Below are positions 60,148 to 64,000 of a DNA stretch of 64,000 nucleotides, piece by piece. Source of the DNA: an uncultured Planctomycetales bacterium (GTDB taxonomy: Bacteria; Omnitrophota; Gorgyraeia; Zapsychrales; Fredricksoniimonadaceae); assembly GCA_964572155.1 (NCBI GenBank), contig CAZNDZ010000001.1, positions 910,290 to 974,289 on the forward strand, in the 5' to 3' direction. The notes below the pieces were generated by a model, which worked only from the letters and a program-made list of their open reading frames with translations, was not told the DNA's origin and did no database searches. Positions within the stretch are counted from its first letter, which is position 1; every line of letters begins with the position of its first letter. The position numbers and the translations under genes were made by a program.

Positions 60148-61856
60148 AAACTTTTGAGAATATTAATTATTGCTGGGGTGGTTTGATTGCGGAAGAATTA
60201 ATCCGTCAGGGTGCGGATTATTTTTGCATTGCCCCTGGGTCACGATCTTCGCCGCTATCGGTTAGTATTGCCCGCAATAAGAAGGCAAAAGTCTTTGTAC
60301 ATTTTGACGAACGTGGTTTAGCGTTTCATGCTTTAGGTTATGCAGCCGCAACAGGAAAACCTGCCGTTTTAGTTTCCACGTCAGGAACAGCTGTTGCTAA
60401 TTTTATGCCAGCGGTTGTTGAAGCATCGAAGAAAAAATTACCATTAATTGTCATCACAGCAGATCGACCACCTGAATTGCGTCAAACAGGAGCGGTTCAA
60501 ACCATTGATCAGGTGGGTATTTTTGGAAAGTATGTGGCATGGGCGGTTGATATGCCGTGTCCCGATATGCAGATTCGACCAGAATATGTGTTAACAACCA
60601 TCGATCAAGCTGTTTCAAAACGCGCTGTTGTTCATATCAATTGCATGTTCCGTGAACCTTTGGCACCGACGGAAGTCAAAGTAGATTGGGCGGGATATTT
60701 AAAAGGATTAAAATCTTGGCAAGAATCCAATGAGCCATACACACAATACCTTAAGGCCAAAGGAAGCTTGGATAAAGTTCAATTAGACCAAGTGGCTGAG
60801 GTCATCAATAGCATTAAAAACGGCATCATTGTCGTTGGTAAGATAGACCCAAAAGCCAAGCCTGCGGTTTTAAGTTTAGCTCGACGTTTGGGTTGGCCTG
60901 TTTTTGCGGACATTTCGAGTGGTTTACGGCTTGGTACTCAAGATAAGTATGTCATTTCATATTTTGACCAGATCTTAATAAATGCACCTGATACAAAAAT
61001 CGACGGTGTCCTGCATTTAGGCGGACGTATGACATCAAAGCGGTATTATGAATTTATCTTTGCTCAAGCACCTAAACATTATGTGATGGTCATTAATCAC
61101 GGCCTGCGTTCTGATCCAAATCATCAGGTGACGTTGCGTTTAGAAGCAAGTGTGCAAGATTTTTGTAAGAAATTAAGTGTAAAACAGCGTCCTTCATCGA
61201 CGCTACTAAATCAATTGATTAAGACTAATACCCATATAGATCAGGCCATCGATCAATTCTTTGGTGATGACACGCGCATCTGTGAACCACGGGCGGCGCG
61301 CATGGTTTCACAATTACTACCTAAAGACAGTGGTTTGTATTTGTCCAACAGCATGCCTATTCGAGACATGGACATGTATGCAGATCCTAAAGCCAAAGTC
61401 GTTGTGGTGTGCGGCAATCGCGGTGCTTCCGGCATCGACGGACTCATTGGTTCAGCCATCGGTTTTGCCCAAGGCATAAAAGCTCCTGTAACACTTATGG
61501 TTGGTGATCTAGCCGCGTTGCATGATTTAAATTCGCTCGCCATGCTTAAAGATGCAGCGTATCCTGTGACCATTGTGGTTATTAATAACGGGGGCGGCGC
61601 CATCTTTTCATTCTTGCCGATTGCAGAGCACAAAGATGTCTTTGAAAAACTTTACGGGACACCACACCCATTTATGTTTAGCAATGCCGCAGCCATGTTT
61701 GAACTCAATTATGCACAGCCTCGCAATACCCAAGATTTTAAGAAGGTTTATTTACAATCGTTAAAATCCAATACCTCAACCATCATTGAAGTTTTCACCA
61801 ATCGGGAAGAAAATTTAAAAGTTCATCACGCCCTGCAAGTAAGTTTTAGAAAGTAA
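60144..61856 (+). CDS. menD: 2-succinyl-5-enolpyruvyl-6-hydroxy-3-cyclohexene-1-carboxylate synthase
   Basis: TPP-enzyme, 570 aa, with 'GSRSSPL' and 'GDLAALHDLNSL'; follows menF. Confidence 0.85.
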   Translation: MKTFENINYCWGGLIAEELIRQGADYFCIAPGSRSSPLSVSIARNKKAKVFVHFDERGLAFHALGYAAATGKPAVLVSTSGTAVANFMPAVVEASKKKLPLIVITADRPPELRQTGAVQTIDQVGIFGKYVAWAVDMPCPDMQIRPEYVLTTIDQAVSKRAVVHINCMFREPLAPTEVKVDWAGYLKGLKSWQESNEPYTQYLKAKGSLDKVQLDQVAEVINSIKNGIIVVGKIDPKAKPAVLSLARRLGWPVFADISSGLRLGTQDKYVISYFDQILINAPDTKIDGVLHLGGRMTSKRYYEFIFAQAPKHYVMVINHGLRSDPNHQVTLRLEASVQDFCKKLSVKQRPSSTLLNQLIKTNTHIDQAIDQFFGDDTRICEPRAARMVSQLLPKDSGLYLSNSMPIRDMDMYADPKAKVVVVCGNRGASGIDGLIGSAIGFAQGIKAPVTLMVGDLAALHDLNSLAMLKDAAYPVTIVVINNGGGAIFSFLPIAEHKDVFEKLYGTPHPFMFSNAAAMFELNYAQPRNTQDFKKVYLQSLKSNTSTIIEVFTNREENLKVHHALQVSFRK

Positions 61857-61858
61857 GC

Positions 61859-63163
61859 ATGAACTTTAATGACATTGATTTTAATGAAGAGTTCTCCCAA
61901 GTCTTTGAAGCGCTCGAGAACACCAGTCAGAGTTTGTTTATTACGGGCAAGGCAGGGACGGGCAAGTCCACGTTATTGCAGTATTTCCGCCATAAAACTC
62001 AAAAAAATATTGCTGTCTTAGCGCCAACGGGTGTCTCGGCCATTAACATCAAAGGTCAGACCATTCATTCCTTTTTTCAATTCAAGCCTGATATCACACC
62101 GCAAAACGTGGGGGATATTCCCATTCGCAAGAAAAAGCGCGAGCTGTTTAAGAAATTAGACGCCATTGTTATCGATGAGGTGTCTATGGTGCGGGCTGAT
62201 CTTATGGATTGTGTAGATCAAGTGTTGCGTCTAAATGGCCCAGAATTTAATAAACCTTTTGGCGGCGTGCAGATGATTTTCTTTGGTGACCTATTTCAAT
62301 TGCCGCCGGTTGTGATGCGCGAGGAAGAAGAAATATTTCGCACATCCTACAGGACACCATTTTTCTTTTCAGCCAAAGTTTTTCAACAATTCAAATTTAG
62401 AACCATGTATTTAAAAAAGATTTACCGTCAAAAAGACGAGCAGTTTATCCATATGCTAAACGCCGTGCGGGATAATCAAGTGGCCGCGCATCATGTGCAT
62501 GCATTTAATACCCGTTTTAAACCCAACCATCAATTTGACCCTAAAGAAATCTATATTTCTTTAACAACCACGAATGCCTTGGCCGAGCGGGTCAATGTTA
62601 AGCAATTAGAATCTTTAGCCACGCCAACCAAGGTTTACGAAGGTATCTTGTCAGGAGAGTTTGATAAAAAATCTTTGCCAACCGCGCAAATCTTAGAAAT
62701 TAAAAAAGGCGCTCAGGTCATGATGCTCAATAATGATGTGGATAAGCGTTGGGTCAATGGTTCCTTGGGTGTTGTTGTTGGTATTAAATCCGGCGATGAG
62801 GGGGATGATATCATCATCGTTGATTTAGAAAATGGTCAACAAGTCGATGTGAAAAAGTTTACGTGGGAAATCTATCAATATTATTATGACGATGACATTC
62901 AAGCGCTATCATCGAAAGTCATGGGCTATTTTACCCAGTATCCCTTAAAGCTTGCATGGGCGGTGACCATTCATAAGTCACAAGGCCAAACCTTTGACCG
63001 CGTGATCATTGATGTCGGTTTTGGCACGTTCGCTCATGGGCAAATGTATGTTGCATTAAGCCGCGCCACGTCGCTCGAGGGGATAATTTTAAAACAACCG
63101 TTAAACCCACGCCACATCCTTTTAGATGAGCGGGTTGTTGATTTTATGAGTTCCCAAGAGTAG
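61859..63163 (+). CDS. Pif1/RecD-family ATP-dependent DNA helicase
   Basis: Walker A 'GKAGTGKST', 'IDEVSMV', 'AVTIHKSQGQTF', 'ALSRATSLEGIIL'; 434 aa. Confidence 0.75.
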   Translation: MNFNDIDFNEEFSQVFEALENTSQSLFITGKAGTGKSTLLQYFRHKTQKNIAVLAPTGVSAINIKGQTIHSFFQFKPDITPQNVGDIPIRKKKRELFKKLDAIVIDEVSMVRADLMDCVDQVLRLNGPEFNKPFGGVQMIFFGDLFQLPPVVMREEEEIFRTSYRTPFFFSAKVFQQFKFRTMYLKKIYRQKDEQFIHMLNAVRDNQVAAHHVHAFNTRFKPNHQFDPKEIYISLTTTNALAERVNVKQLESLATPTKVYEGILSGEFDKKSLPTAQILEIKKGAQVMMLNNDVDKRWVNGSLGVVVGIKSGDEGDDIIIVDLENGQQVDVKKFTWEIYQYYYDDDIQALSSKVMGYFTQYPLKLAWAVTIHKSQGQTFDRVIIDVGFGTFAHGQMYVALSRATSLEGIILKQPLNPRHILLDERVVDFMSSQE

Positions 63164-63173
63164 AATTCTTCCT

Positions 63174-64000
63174 ATGTTCCTACAACTTGTCGCCTTACTT
63201 TTTTTGACGATCAATGCCTGGGCTGATGACCGCACCTTGGCCGTGACTCAGGCTTTAACCCAAGTCCAAGAAAAAAAAGCAGAAGCCAGCACTTGGGAAG
63301 GTCAGAACTCTGATCAACCCTATGTCACTCTGCTTAGTGAATACGAGACCACCATCAATCCAGACTGGTCTTTTGATGAAACCTATCATATCCGCATCCG
63401 TATACAAAAAGATTCCGGCAAGGAACTAGGTCAATGGCCCATTTACTATAATAAATCCCGCGAGACCATCAAAGAGTTAAAAGCTTTTGTCGAAGCGCCA
63501 GACGGGAAGAAGTATGAGGCGAGCAACATTCAAGATGTCCAAGCCTATGATAATTCGCCGATGTATTCTGATATGATGGTAAAAATTGTCACTTTGCCAC
63601 AAGTAAATATTGGCAGCATGCTTGATGTGACGGTGAAAAGCCACACCACCCGTAAAGAAATCCCAGATCAATTTTTCGACGAAGTTGTTTACCCAACCGT
63701 ACCAACCAAGTTCGCTCGTTTCACCTACATATTCCCTGAGACCAAGGACATTCAATTTAAGTCATATCGTCAAGATTACAAACCCATTATTGAAAAAAGC
63801 GAAGGGCGTATCAAATATTCCTTCGTGTTTGAAGAAACCAAAGAACTTGTTCAAGAGGAGTTAATGCCGCCGATTCATCAAACATTGGGTGGATTATATT
63901 TGTCATCGGTGCGTGATTGGAAAGAGGTTGCGGATTGGTATAGACGATTAGTAGCAAAAAATATTGTCGAAGATGAAGCCATTGTTGCAAAGGTTAAGGA
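63174..64000 (+). CDS. Secreted hypothetical protein, 3'-partial (continues beyond the window)
   Basis: ATG at 63174 with signal peptide 'MFLQLVALLFLTINAWA'. The frame is open to the window end. Absent from the ORF track because there is no stop within the window. Confidence 0.5.
   Translation, partial: MFLQLVALLFLTINAWADDRTLAVTQALTQVQEKKAEASTWEGQNSDQPYVTLLSEYETTINPDWSFDETYHIRIRIQKDSGKELGQWPIYYNKSRETIKELKAFVEAPDGKKYEASNIQDVQAYDNSPMYSDMMVKIVTLPQVNIGSMLDVTVKSHTTRKEIPDQFFDEVVYPTVPTKFARFTYIFPETKDIQFKSYRQDYKPIIEKSEGRIKYSFVFEETKELVQEELMPPIHQTLGGLYLSSVRDWKEVADWYRRLVAKNIVEDEAIVAKVK

Overview
The window is a gene-dense bacterial chromosomal segment of roughly 40% GC, judged by eye. It carries about 60 protein-coding genes, all but one on the + strand, often with 4-nt ATGA start/stop overlaps.

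The backbone is ordinary housekeeping. It includes an AddAB-like helicase-nuclease pair (5' partial), yggS-proC-mtnP, ileS-dksA-lspA-lgt-rluD, aroA, mreBC, an ABC-2 exporter, yceI, uvrB, erpA-thiC, bioB, korAB-trxB, fchA-like/folD, polA, glgA, coaE, rho, rpmE-prfA-prmC-murA, trpGDCF, menG-menF-menD and a Pif1/RecD-like helicase. I found no rRNA, tRNA, CRISPR array or transposase.

The accessory content is the interesting part.
1. Two paralogous giant Sec-secreted proteins, 5387..8383 (998 aa) and 37407..41774 (1455 aa). They share a ~300-aa N-terminal module and a ~55-aa C-terminal module at high identity, but carry unrelated, AT-rich central cargo. Paralog A's cargo looks kinase-like and paralog B's looks like a SAM-methyltransferase. 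Paralog B also has an in-frame internal Tat-signal-like segment. Both genes have a shared AT-rich upstream element and no Shine-Dalgarno. I cannot assign the conserved modules to any family I know.
2. A ~1.2-kb AT-rich mini-island (8389..9607) flanked by ~31-bp imperfect direct repeats. It contains a DUF1016/YhcG N-terminal pseudogene remnant, with TGA at the conserved Trp codon, and a DUF3800 gene.
3. A HEPN/MNT toxin-antitoxin-like pair immediately downstream of paralog B.
4. A twin PilZ + zinc-ribbon cluster.
5. A flavoprotein-reductase homolog that has lost both dinucleotide-binding glycine motifs.

Taxon is not established. The gene content (menaquinone, glgA, dksA-lspA, KorAB) is compatible with several low-GC lineages and I do not assert one.
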